A DNA stretch of 64,000 nucleotides from Promethearchaeota archaeon (GTDB taxonomy: Archaea > Asgardarchaeota > Lokiarchaeia > Sigyniarchaeales > SOKP01): contig JALGVJ010000005.1 of NCBI GenBank assembly GCA_029838195.1, forward strand, positions 100,859-164,858, written 5' to 3'. Both the position numbers and the translations under genes were made by a program. Below, in pieces: positions 50,812 through 59,191 of the stretch (its first letter is position 1; each line of letters starts with the position of its first letter). Below the pieces are notes generated by a model. That model did no database searches. It was not told where the DNA came from and saw nothing but the letters and a program-made list of their open reading frames with translations.

Positions 50812-52287
50812 ATGGTAAGGTATTACCTGTACATTTTAAGAGGAATCAATGTATTACTTTTTGCCGGAGTTTTTTATATATTTTCAACTATTTTTAATAT
50901 AGATGCCGTTACCGTTATTATTACAGAGGGGGAAAAATTAGTTCTAATTGCATTTTTCGAGGGTTTAATAAGCGTTTTTAGGTATTTAATTTATACCTTG
51001 TTTTATATCATTATTTATGGTTTTGCTTATCTCATTACGTTGATTTTTAGTATTTTTCCATTATTTGATTCACACTATATGTTTTCCTTTATTGAAGGAT
51101 TTTTTTCTAATTACTTTAGTTTATGGTTTAGATTTCCTGGAGGAAGTGTACCTGAATTATTCGAAATCCCAGAATTAATTGTAGATGAACTATTGGCATT
51201 TGCAGAAGAAGTTTATCTATTAGTATTTCAAATCTTGCTCTTGTATTCCATTATTTCAATCGTGAGGGCATTCTTTAGTAGTAATCCAAAGTTCACGATG
51301 AGAAGTATAGGTTCTATAGTATTAATGATTGTTTTTCCATTCATAGTATTTAAATTTAGAGATATGATACATCTGTTTAATTTAGAAATAGAATATTTTG
51401 AAAACTTAGTTAATCCTATCAAGCTAAATTTGAATGCAATACCCATAGATAATTTTTTTGCTTTTTTAATCAGTCCTACAGCGATTTTTGCTATAGCTTG
51501 TTATCTCAATTTAGAATGGGCGTTTCAAATTAATTATATTGATAATGTTACAAATCCCGTTTTGGAAAGGAGTGAGCGTTTAGAGACTCAATTAGAAATC
51601 ATCGAAAGAGAATCAAAATTTATTACTACTGATGTGGATAAAATTAAAGAAGAGGCGAGAAAAAAGAAAGAAGAATTGGGATTAGAAGAGGTACGAGCAA
51701 GTAAAATATTTGCTAAAACAACCCAAAAAATTTCATATATAAAAGAAATGATTGAAAAGAAAAGATTAGAACAGGAAGAGAAAAAACTGATTAGCGCTGC
51801 TTCCAAGACAAGAAGGTTAGGAAGATATGTTGAACGTCTATTTAGAGAAGATGAAGACGCTAGAAATACATTAACTGCGCAATCATCGGCACCTAAAGCT
51901 AAAAGTTTAGTAGTGTCCACGGTTTTTGTCTTTGTTTATCGAATGATACTATTAATTTTAATTAGTTTTATAATTATTCATCCACGATGGTTTTTCATTA
52001 ACGTATTTAATTTACCAGAAGCAATTACGAGAAGCATTTCAATGTATTCACCGGAGGTTACTTTAATTTTACTACTTCCCATCATCCTATTATTTCCAGT
52101 GATTTCTAAAATCATTTCCTATATTAAACATAGGACTTTAATTTTGAGATTGAAACAAGAAGGTAAAATTAAAGAGATTTTGGCGTCAGTAGGAGATTAT
52201 GTGAGGGTACGAGAAGAGCCTGAAGAAGAATTAACGGAAGAAAGGGAACAAGATGTGAGTGAAACGGCATCTTTAGGAACGGCATGA
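50812..52287 (+). CDS. polytopic membrane protein with cytoplasmic coiled coil
   Basis: Multiple TM segments flank an E/K/R-rich helical region; last gene of the + strand cluster. Confidence 0.75.
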   Translation: MVRYYLYILRGINVLLFAGVFYIFSTIFNIDAVTVIITEGEKLVLIAFFEGLISVFRYLIYTLFYIIIYGFAYLITLIFSIFPLFDSHYMFSFIEGFFSNYFSLWFRFPGGSVPELFEIPELIVDELLAFAEEVYLLVFQILLLYSIISIVRAFFSSNPKFTMRSIGSIVLMIVFPFIVFKFRDMIHLFNLEIEYFENLVNPIKLNLNAIPIDNFFAFLISPTAIFAIACYLNLEWAFQINYIDNVTNPVLERSERLETQLEIIERESKFITTDVDKIKEEARKKKEELGLEEVRASKIFAKTTQKISYIKEMIEKKRLEQEEKKLISAASKTRRLGRYVERLFREDEDARNTLTAQSSAPKAKSLVVSTVFVFVYRMILLILISFIIIHPRWFFINVFNLPEAITRSISMYSPEVTLILLLPIILLFPVISKIISYIKHRTLILRLKQEGKIKEILASVGDYVRVREEPEEELTEEREQDVSETASLGTA

Positions 52288-52295
52288 ATAAGATC

Positions 52296-53225
52296 TCATG
52301 AGTTAAGAACGTGATTAGCTAATTCTTCTTTTTTTTGTTGGTTTATCATTAGCGTATCAAAACAAGAAACTTTCATGTTTAAAGCTTCGATTTCAGGTAA
52401 TCTTTCTCGATCTATATTATCGATAATAAAAGAGCCCACGAAATCTCTATAATATTTAGCAACCCCAACACAAGAAACTTCTAAATTCATTAAACTCATC
52501 AATTTATCAGCAGGTCCTTTAATCGGAGCATTTTTAACAATTGGACTGATGGCGTGGACTTTTTTTCTATGAAAAGAGAGAATTTGTTTCATGCCTCCCA
52601 CATTTAAAATAGTTCCAATTGAAACAATGGGATTTGAAGGACAAATTATTATTTTTTTAGATTTTTCAAGATAGGTTTTAATCTCTTTAGATAATACGGC
52701 GTTTTCAATTCCTTTAAATTCAATTTTATTAATTTGTGGTTTGCATTGATATTTGATATAAAATTCTTCAAAATGCATGCGATCGTGGTCAGTATAAATC
52801 ATGGTTTCAACATTCTCATCACACATGGGTAAAATTTCTTGCTTGATCCCTAATTTTTCGCATATTTTTTTAGTTATTTGCGTTTTGGTATACCCTTTTT
52901 TAAAAAGATGAGTCCTATAAACATGAGTAGCTAAATCTTTATCTCCTAAATTAAACCATGTTGTATCATAAAAGTTTTTCAAGGCTAATAAACAATTAAA
53001 AGTTTCATCCTTATATCCCCAACCCTTTTTCTCATCAATTAAATTAGCTAAAGAATAGGTGATAATATCTAAATCGGGGCAAATTTTCAGGCCAAATAGC
53101 TCAATATCATCTCCCGTATTGACAATAATCTTTAGTTGCCAATCATCAACGAGAGGGGCTAACCCCTGAATAAATTTTGCTGCACCTACACCTCCCGCTA
53201 AAACTACATAAAAATTTTTCCCCAT
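52296..53225 (-). CDS. cofD: 2-phospho-L-lactate/PEP transferase (F420 biosynthesis)
   Basis: LAGGVGAAKF, VNTGDD, CPDLD, WFNLGDKDLATH, PSNPIVSIGTIL, GPADKLM. Confidence 0.95.
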   Translation of the reverse strand: MGKNFYVVLAGGVGAAKFIQGLAPLVDDWQLKIIVNTGDDIELFGLKICPDLDIITYSLANLIDEKKGWGYKDETFNCLLALKNFYDTTWFNLGDKDLATHVYRTHLFKKGYTKTQITKKICEKLGIKQEILPMCDENVETMIYTDHDRMHFEEFYIKYQCKPQINKIEFKGIENAVLSKEIKTYLEKSKKIIICPSNPIVSIGTILNVGGMKQILSFHRKKVHAISPIVKNAPIKGPADKLMSLMNLEVSCVGVAKYYRDFVGSFIIDNIDRERLPEIEALNMKVSCFDTLMINQQKKEELANHVLNS

Positions 53226-53228
53226 GAC

Positions 53229-54677
53229 TCACCTCTTTTTAAAATGTTCCGAATAAAAAAGAATTTCAGTAAGATCTTTTCTTGAGGGCGCTTTGATTTC
53301 TTTTTTAGGGTAACCAATGGTTATAAATGCTAAAGGAAGATAAGATGATGGCAAGTTTAATGTTTCTTTTATGATCTCTTGAGCAAAAAGTGGAGCGCAA
53401 TACCAACATGCAGCTAAATTTTTAGCATGTAGGGCGAGAAGAAAATATGTTATTGAATTACTCACGCTTTGAACAGCCATGATAAACTCTTTTTGATCTC
53501 GCTCAGAGTCATGATATTTCTCTAAATCCTTTTTATCTAAACAAGGTAAGATTAAATACGGTGCTTCAATAAAATTAAACCTTGTTTTATTTATTTTATT
53601 ATTTATAAATTCTTGCGATTTGCCTTCTCTTTTTAAATCTTTTTTCAGTTTCTCATTCATTTGGTTAATTAATTTAATTCTAGTTTCATTTTTTTCCAAA
53701 ACGATATATCTCCATGGTTGAGCATTGTGGGCATTTGGCGCCCATCTAGCTATTTCAATACAATTTTCGATTATTTTTTTATTTACATGTTGGTCTGAAA
53801 ATTCTATCTTATAACTCCTTCTAGATTTTAGGATTTCTTTCACATTTTCTAAACTTTCATTGATTCTAAAAAGATCTTCTTCTTCTTTTCGCAATAGTGA
53901 ATCTATCCGGGATTTTTCTTTCCATATAAAATTATATCCACGCATGAGGACAACCGGAATCCCTTCATTTGATTCACCCATCATTAATGATGCAGCAGCG
54001 GCTAAATTATCTGCTTGTGCGATAATAGTTGATTGTAATTTATAACCAAATAGATCGACATGTCCTCTTTTATCTAATAAAGGATTCATGCCAGAAATTC
54101 CTATAGCTACACCAACAGAACCATTTCTAAAGGGCCGTCCAAAAGAATCAGTAATAATGACCGCAATTTTTTTGTTAGTCTTTTTTTCTAAATGCATTCT
54201 TATTTTTTCAGCTTCTTTGTCCGGATTTTTAGGTAATACCGTAATTTTCGACTCTCCTTTTACATTTGATTTATCGATCCCGGCATTTGCACATATAAAT
54301 CCGTGGTTTGTCTCAGTTATTATGACATGTTCTGCTTTTAAAATTTTTTTAGACTCTCTCAAGATGCATTCAATTAATTCCGGTGATTTTTCTGGAAGAT
54401 CTTTAGCTCGCATTTTGGGAGCAATTTTTTCATTTAATTCCAAGGCTTTCTTGGATGGTATTATTTCTCTTAAATCCTTGATCATTCCCGTGCTTTTTGA
54501 AACAATAGTTTGGGCAATAAGGAGTATATCTCCATTTACTAAGCTTAATTTTTCACGATTTAGAGCATCTAATATTATTTCAGCAAGATCATTTCCGGGT
54601 TCTATTAAAGGTATCGTTTGAAGGCCAATTATCTCTATTTTTTTCATAGATTTCACGTTTAGAAAGGTTTTAATCAC
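53229..54677 (-). CDS. cofE: F420-0:gamma-glutamyl ligase fused to a nitroreductase domain (FbiB-like)
   Basis: CANAGIDKSN, TDSFGRPFR, GES.EG.P, DLFR; then RRS, APNAHNAQPW, LAACWYCAP, ITIGYP. Confidence 0.93.
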   Translation of the reverse strand: MIKTFLNVKSMKKIEIIGLQTIPLIEPGNDLAEIILDALNREKLSLVNGDILLIAQTIVSKSTGMIKDLREIIPSKKALELNEKIAPKMRAKDLPEKSPELIECILRESKKILKAEHVIITETNHGFICANAGIDKSNVKGESKITVLPKNPDKEAEKIRMHLEKKTNKKIAVIITDSFGRPFRNGSVGVAIGISGMNPLLDKRGHVDLFGYKLQSTIIAQADNLAAAASLMMGESNEGIPVVLMRGYNFIWKEKSRIDSLLRKEEEDLFRINESLENVKEILKSRRSYKIEFSDQHVNKKIIENCIEIARWAPNAHNAQPWRYIVLEKNETRIKLINQMNEKLKKDLKREGKSQEFINNKINKTRFNFIEAPYLILPCLDKKDLEKYHDSERDQKEFIMAVQSVSNSITYFLLALHAKNLAACWYCAPLFAQEIIKETLNLPSSYLPLAFITIGYPKKEIKAPSRKDLTEILFYSEHFKKR

Positions 54678-54680
54678 GTT

Positions 54681-55100
54681 TTAATCTATAATTGATTTTC
54701 CGGTGCGATATAAAGTACTCATCATGGTAGCTACTTTTTTTATTTTTCCATTCTCTTGAGTAAAAAGCGTAAAAAAATAAGTACCAATTTTATTTGTTTG
54801 GTTTATCCTCTTTCCTTCCACGTACAAAATTTCATTCACATTAGGACTAGAATGATAATTAATCGTACAACTGAGCGCGACACTTATATTATTTTGATTA
54901 TTACCGATCAAGGAAAATGCTACATCTGCTAACGCATAAATAGCGCCACCATGGGGACGATTGTAAAAATTTAATATGGATTCAGTTATTTTCATGTGCA
55001 TCTTTACGTAATCTTCAGTAAGTAAATCCAAAACAATGCCAAAATTATTGGCAAAAGCATCATTTTTAAATTTTTCTTTAATGAGTTCTAAAGGATTCAT
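54681..55100 (-). CDS. PaaI-family hotdog-fold thioesterase
   Basis: D.FA..FGI, LN..NRPHGGAIYALADVAF. Confidence 0.9.
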   Translation of the reverse strand: MNPLELIKEKFKNDAFANNFGIVLDLLTEDYVKMHMKITESILNFYNRPHGGAIYALADVAFSLIGNNQNNISVALSCTINYHSSPNVNEILYVEGKRINQTNKIGTYFFTLFTQENGKIKKVATMMSTLYRTGKSIID

Positions 55101-55134
55101 TGTATTTAATTTCTTAGTTATTTTTTTTGAATCT

Positions 55135-56199
55135 TTAAGATCTTGTAGTTAGAATCTTTTTAATGTTTTCTGGGAGGGGTTCGGCTATTAAATATTCATG
55201 TTTCTGTGGGAGAGCACAACAAGCCGAAAAATACTTTAAATGAGTATCACCATAATAATTTTTAATCCAAGAGATTGTTTTTCTTGAAGGCAATACAATC
55301 CTATTTAGCCCAGCCCTAATTGATAGTTTTTCTAATCTTTCTTTTTCCTTAATTTTAGGACGCATGCATCCTAGTGCAATTTCAGTAGAAGGAAACACAA
55401 ATCTTAGAATTATTAAAACTTTTACAACATCAATAGGATTAGGAGTTAAAAATTTTATTTTAGAAGATTTCGGTGGAATTAATACGATCACGACTATTAA
55501 TTGGGGATTTCCCAAATGTTTTTTAATAAATTTAATTGCACCCAGTTCTTCATGTAATTTTCCATAATATAACCCCACGCATACATGAGGGACAATGAAA
55601 ATGTTATATTTCTGTAATAATTTAATTGCGTATTCATAATCCTTCACATCTTTATTGAGATGATAAATATCTTTTATCACACTTTCATCAGTATTAATAT
55701 CAAAAGAGACGATATCAATTTTCGCTTCTGCGAGTTTTTTAGCGGTTGGTTCATTTAGTATTCCCGTATGAGTATTAATCACTAATGTTGTTTTTTCTTT
55801 TATTTCTTTAATTGTATCAAGATAATCATATAAAGGGACAGATCCATCTTCTTCGCAACCTCCAGAAATTAAAGCACCAATTCCTCCATTTTTCCATAGA
55901 GAAAATAGATATTGTCCAAGTTCCTCTGGATTCGTGACGCCTTTCATTCCATGCAAATATTTTTTATTACAATGCTCACATTGCAGTTTACACTCTGAAC
56001 CAGTAATACTAATAGCGGGAAATTTTTTTCCAGGCATGAATATTTTTAGAGTAGTTCCGAAATTTTTTATTTTTATTTTATGGGCAAAAGGGAGTAGTTT
56101 GATCACGTCCTTTTTCTGCATTTTTAAAATATACGAAAAATCTTCCCAAGTTGCCTTTGAATTCATTAATTTTTCTTGTAAATTAAGCAGATCATTCAA
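55135..56199 (-). CDS. lipS1: radical SAM lipoyl synthase subunit LipS1
   Basis: ISITG..CKLQCEHC, LISGG, GCMRP and C-terminal CC motifs typical of LipS1; adjacent to a lipoate ligase. Confidence 0.82.
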   Translation of the reverse strand: MNDLLNLQEKLMNSKATWEDFSYILKMQKKDVIKLLPFAHKIKIKNFGTTLKIFMPGKKFPAISITGSECKLQCEHCNKKYLHGMKGVTNPEELGQYLFSLWKNGGIGALISGGCEEDGSVPLYDYLDTIKEIKEKTTLVINTHTGILNEPTAKKLAEAKIDIVSFDINTDESVIKDIYHLNKDVKDYEYAIKLLQKYNIFIVPHVCVGLYYGKLHEELGAIKFIKKHLGNPQLIVVIVLIPPKSSKIKFLTPNPIDVVKVLIILRFVFPSTEIALGCMRPKIKEKERLEKLSIRAGLNRIVLPSRKTISWIKNYYGDTHLKYFSACCALPQKHEYLIAEPLPENIKKILTTRS

Positions 56200-56971
56200 A
56201 TTTGGTTAGCCACCATTTCTTTTTATATTTATTTTCTACTAAATCTTTAGCTAACTTGAGTTCAAACTCTGTGAATGTACTTTTTCTTAATTTAATTTTA
56301 AGTGTTTTTTCAAAACCTTGAATTAACGTTTCTATAAATCGTTTTTCATCAAAATCATTTAAAAATTCTTTTATTCCTATGCATTTTGCCCGAACTGATT
56401 GAACTATTCGAAATTTGCTCACATTCGGAGGTGCTTTTAAGACGGAATACATTAAATCGGGGTCAATCTCTAATAAAATCGTACCGTGCTGTAAAACGTG
56501 TCCTTTTTTTCTAACTTGAGCATTTCCAGAAAATTTTTTGCCTCCAAGAAAAAGAGCAGGACAATGGATAATTCCTTTTTCTGGAGTTAATCCATAGATT
56601 TTTAATCCCTCTATAATTCCCTGGGTTATGATTTCAAATTGTTCAATCACTTTATAAGCATGTAGCTCTTCTAAAAATTTTATGGGGCAAGTAATAGAAT
56701 ATGTAATTTCTCCATTACAATCATGAAACACGGCTCCTCCTCCCGTAATTCTCCGAACAATATTAAACCCTTTTTTAATAGTAAAATCCATATCTATTTC
56801 TCTATTTAAGCTTTGATTTCTTCCTATGCTCGCTGTAGAAGGATTCCATTTATAAAATCTTAATGTATTTGGAGATTTTTGTTGGATAACCGCTTCTAAA
56901 ATGGCTTCATCTAAAGCCATGTTCCAACATCCGTTTCTGGTTTCCAAGGGGATTAGTCTCCAAGATTTCAA
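56192..56971 (-). CDS. lipoate/octanoate-protein ligase (catalytic domain)
   Basis: NMALDEA, SIGRNQ, RRITGGGAVFHD, KFSGNAQ, QHGTIL. Confidence 0.93.
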   Translation of the reverse strand: MKSWRLIPLETRNGCWNMALDEAILEAVIQQKSPNTLRFYKWNPSTASIGRNQSLNREIDMDFTIKKGFNIVRRITGGGAVFHDCNGEITYSITCPIKFLEELHAYKVIEQFEIITQGIIEGLKIYGLTPEKGIIHCPALFLGGKKFSGNAQVRKKGHVLQHGTILLEIDPDLMYSVLKAPPNVSKFRIVQSVRAKCIGIKEFLNDFDEKRFIETLIQGFEKTLKIKLRKSTFTEFELKLAKDLVENKYKKKWWLTKFE

Positions 56972-56986
56972 GAAAGCACGCCCTTT

Positions 56987-57979
56987 TTAATTGACAAATT
57001 TCATTAATTCATTAAAAATTTCGTTTTTTTCGTGAATTGTTAATGGTCTGGGGAAATTATATATAGGACCGGAGGGTCTAGATGTATAAAAAGGTCTATT
57101 ACATCCTGAGCATCCAGTAGTTAAGAATGCATTCCCATTCTCGGTTATTTTTCTCAATTGTTCTTTATTTATTTTAATTTTTATAAGTTTTCCTTTAGAA
57201 TTAAACATAAAATCATTAATCGTTTTATTATCGTTAAAGATAAGATATCTTGCAAGTTGTATTTTTCTAAATGTTATAAGAGAAGGTTGTTCTAAATTTT
57301 CTAATTGAGTACCTTTAATAGGAGTAAAAGCAAATAGGGCCACTAATACATGCATTTGCTTTAATTTGAATATTTGAGCAATAATATCTTGTTCAGATTC
57401 TCCCATTCCAACGATTAAATGCGTGGAGACTCTATTTGGAAAAATTTTCGAAGTTTCTTTTAACATTAAAATGTGATTTTCCCATGAATATGGGCCTTTA
57501 GCCCTTTTTCCTTTAATTTCATCAAACAATTCTGGTGTAGCACAATCTAAAGCAATACCAACCCGATCTACACCCAATTTCTTCAATTCATTTAAAGCTT
57601 CGATGGAAACGGGAGGTAAAGCAATTGAGAGTGGAACTTTAGTAATCTTTTTTAGATGATAAACAATTTCATATACATCAGCTAAGAAATTTTTGTAATT
57701 TATTGCTTGAAGGCATGTTCTGCTAATTTTAGAGGAAATGTATGAGTTTTTCATTTTATTAAGAACTTCATCAAAAGAAAACACAGGCCATGTAATCCGT
57801 GATAATTTATCCAATGAACTTTGGGCTTCTCTTGCTTGAGGACAAAAACCGCAATTTGCCGAACAACTTGATTCATGATAAGTCATAAAATAGCAAGTGG
57901 AAGGGTGTATTTTAAATTTTTTTAAATTTAATCCTAATAACGCAGCTGTACCAATGGAAACTCTAATTTTTTCTACCAT
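56987..57979 (-). CDS. lipS2: radical SAM lipoyl synthase subunit LipS2
   Basis: IRVSIGTA, CSANCGFCPQAR, LSRITWP, C-terminal TTGCSGCNRP matching the LipS2 TxGCxxCNRP motif. Confidence 0.82.
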   Translation of the reverse strand: MVEKIRVSIGTAALLGLNLKKFKIHPSTCYFMTYHESSCSANCGFCPQAREAQSSLDKLSRITWPVFSFDEVLNKMKNSYISSKISRTCLQAINYKNFLADVYEIVYHLKKITKVPLSIALPPVSIEALNELKKLGVDRVGIALDCATPELFDEIKGKRAKGPYSWENHILMLKETSKIFPNRVSTHLIVGMGESEQDIIAQIFKLKQMHVLVALFAFTPIKGTQLENLEQPSLITFRKIQLARYLIFNDNKTINDFMFNSKGKLIKIKINKEQLRKITENGNAFLTTGCSGCNRPFYTSRPSGPIYNFPRPLTIHEKNEIFNELMKFVN

Positions 57980-58043
57980 TCTTAAGCAAGTTAATTCTTT
58001 TATTAAGTTAAGTTTTTTTCTAAAAAAAAATAACTTTAATTAA

Positions 58044-59153
58044 ATGAACAAACGTGGATTGAACATCATTTTTATCACGAGTATTTACCTTTATAAAAAA
58101 TTTACTAATATAAAAACGATTGGGGGAATTGAAACAAATACTAAAAACGTAATACAAGAGTTAAGAAAAAGAGGTCATCAAGTATGGGAGGAAGAAATTG
58201 ATCCTAATGTTCCAATTTGGGTTCAACAAGGAGATGTGGATATAATTGCAGCCTCCACCTTTGATCCTCTCACGTTTTTAAAAATTATAAAGTATAAAAA
58301 GAAAGCAAAAAAGACGACTGCTATTGTAATTCATGCTCATACAACGGTCGAAGATATAGCAGGAAATTTTTTACCTGATATAAAACCTTTTAATAATATC
58401 TTTAAATTTTGGTTAAAAGTTTATTATGGGATGGCAACACTTTTAATTACCCCAAGTGAATATTCAAAACAATGTATCTTGAATATATTCAATTCTCTCT
58501 CTTGTCCCATCCACGTTGTTAGTAATGGAATTAGAATTGAAAACTTTCAGAAATCCCCCGAATATAAAAAAAGATTTAGAACTTATTTATTAGAAAAATA
58601 TAAGGTCCCTCTTGACTCAAAAATTATTCTGAATGTGGGCCTTACATGGAGAAAAAAAGGGGTCGATACATTCATGTTATTAGCAAAATATTTTCCTCAT
58701 TATTATTTCGTTTGGGTAGGTCCCTTAAACAAGAATCCAGAGATTGAAAAGGCCTCAAAATTAAAGAATTTAATTTTCACCGGTTTTTATAAAGATATAA
58801 GAGAAGCATATTATGGTGCTGATTTATTCCTTAATACCTCCCGAGTAGAGAATCAAGGAATACCTCTTATCGAAGCTGCAATATGTGAATTGCCTATAAT
58901 TGCAAGTGATCTTCCCGCTTACGATTGGATTGAAAATGGTATATCGGGAATTAAAGCAAGGACCCTTAAAGAATACATGGAAGGACTTCAAAGGGTAATG
59001 GATGATGAAACATTTGCAAGAAATTTAAGCAAGCATGCCCGTCAAAAAGCATTAGAATTACATGATTTCTCAAAAATAGGTAAAAGAATTGAACATTTAT
59101 ATTTAAAAGCGCTAAAAATAAAAGAAATGAAAAATAAAAAAAAATTTCTATGA
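58044..59153 (+). CDS. glycosyltransferase family 4 (GT-B)
   Basis: GGIET, SNGI, RKKGVD, ENQGIPLIEA, SDLP. Confidence 0.9.
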   Translation: MNKRGLNIIFITSIYLYKKFTNIKTIGGIETNTKNVIQELRKRGHQVWEEEIDPNVPIWVQQGDVDIIAASTFDPLTFLKIIKYKKKAKKTTAIVIHAHTTVEDIAGNFLPDIKPFNNIFKFWLKVYYGMATLLITPSEYSKQCILNIFNSLSCPIHVVSNGIRIENFQKSPEYKKRFRTYLLEKYKVPLDSKIILNVGLTWRKKGVDTFMLLAKYFPHYYFVWVGPLNKNPEIEKASKLKNLIFTGFYKDIREAYYGADLFLNTSRVENQGIPLIEAAICELPIIASDLPAYDWIENGISGIKARTLKEYMEGLQRVMDDETFARNLSKHARQKALELHDFSKIGKRIEHLYLKALKIKEMKNKKKFL

Positions 59154-59191
59154 CCAAATAATGATAAAAATAAAGGATTGATGTGGTAAGG

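Noticed and set aside
55135-57979. Radical SAM genes as biotin synthase or as the activase for the glycyl radical enzyme
   Set aside because: The GCMR/CC and TxGCxxCNRP motifs plus the intervening lipoate ligase fit LipS1/LipS2, and GRE-activase motifs are absent.
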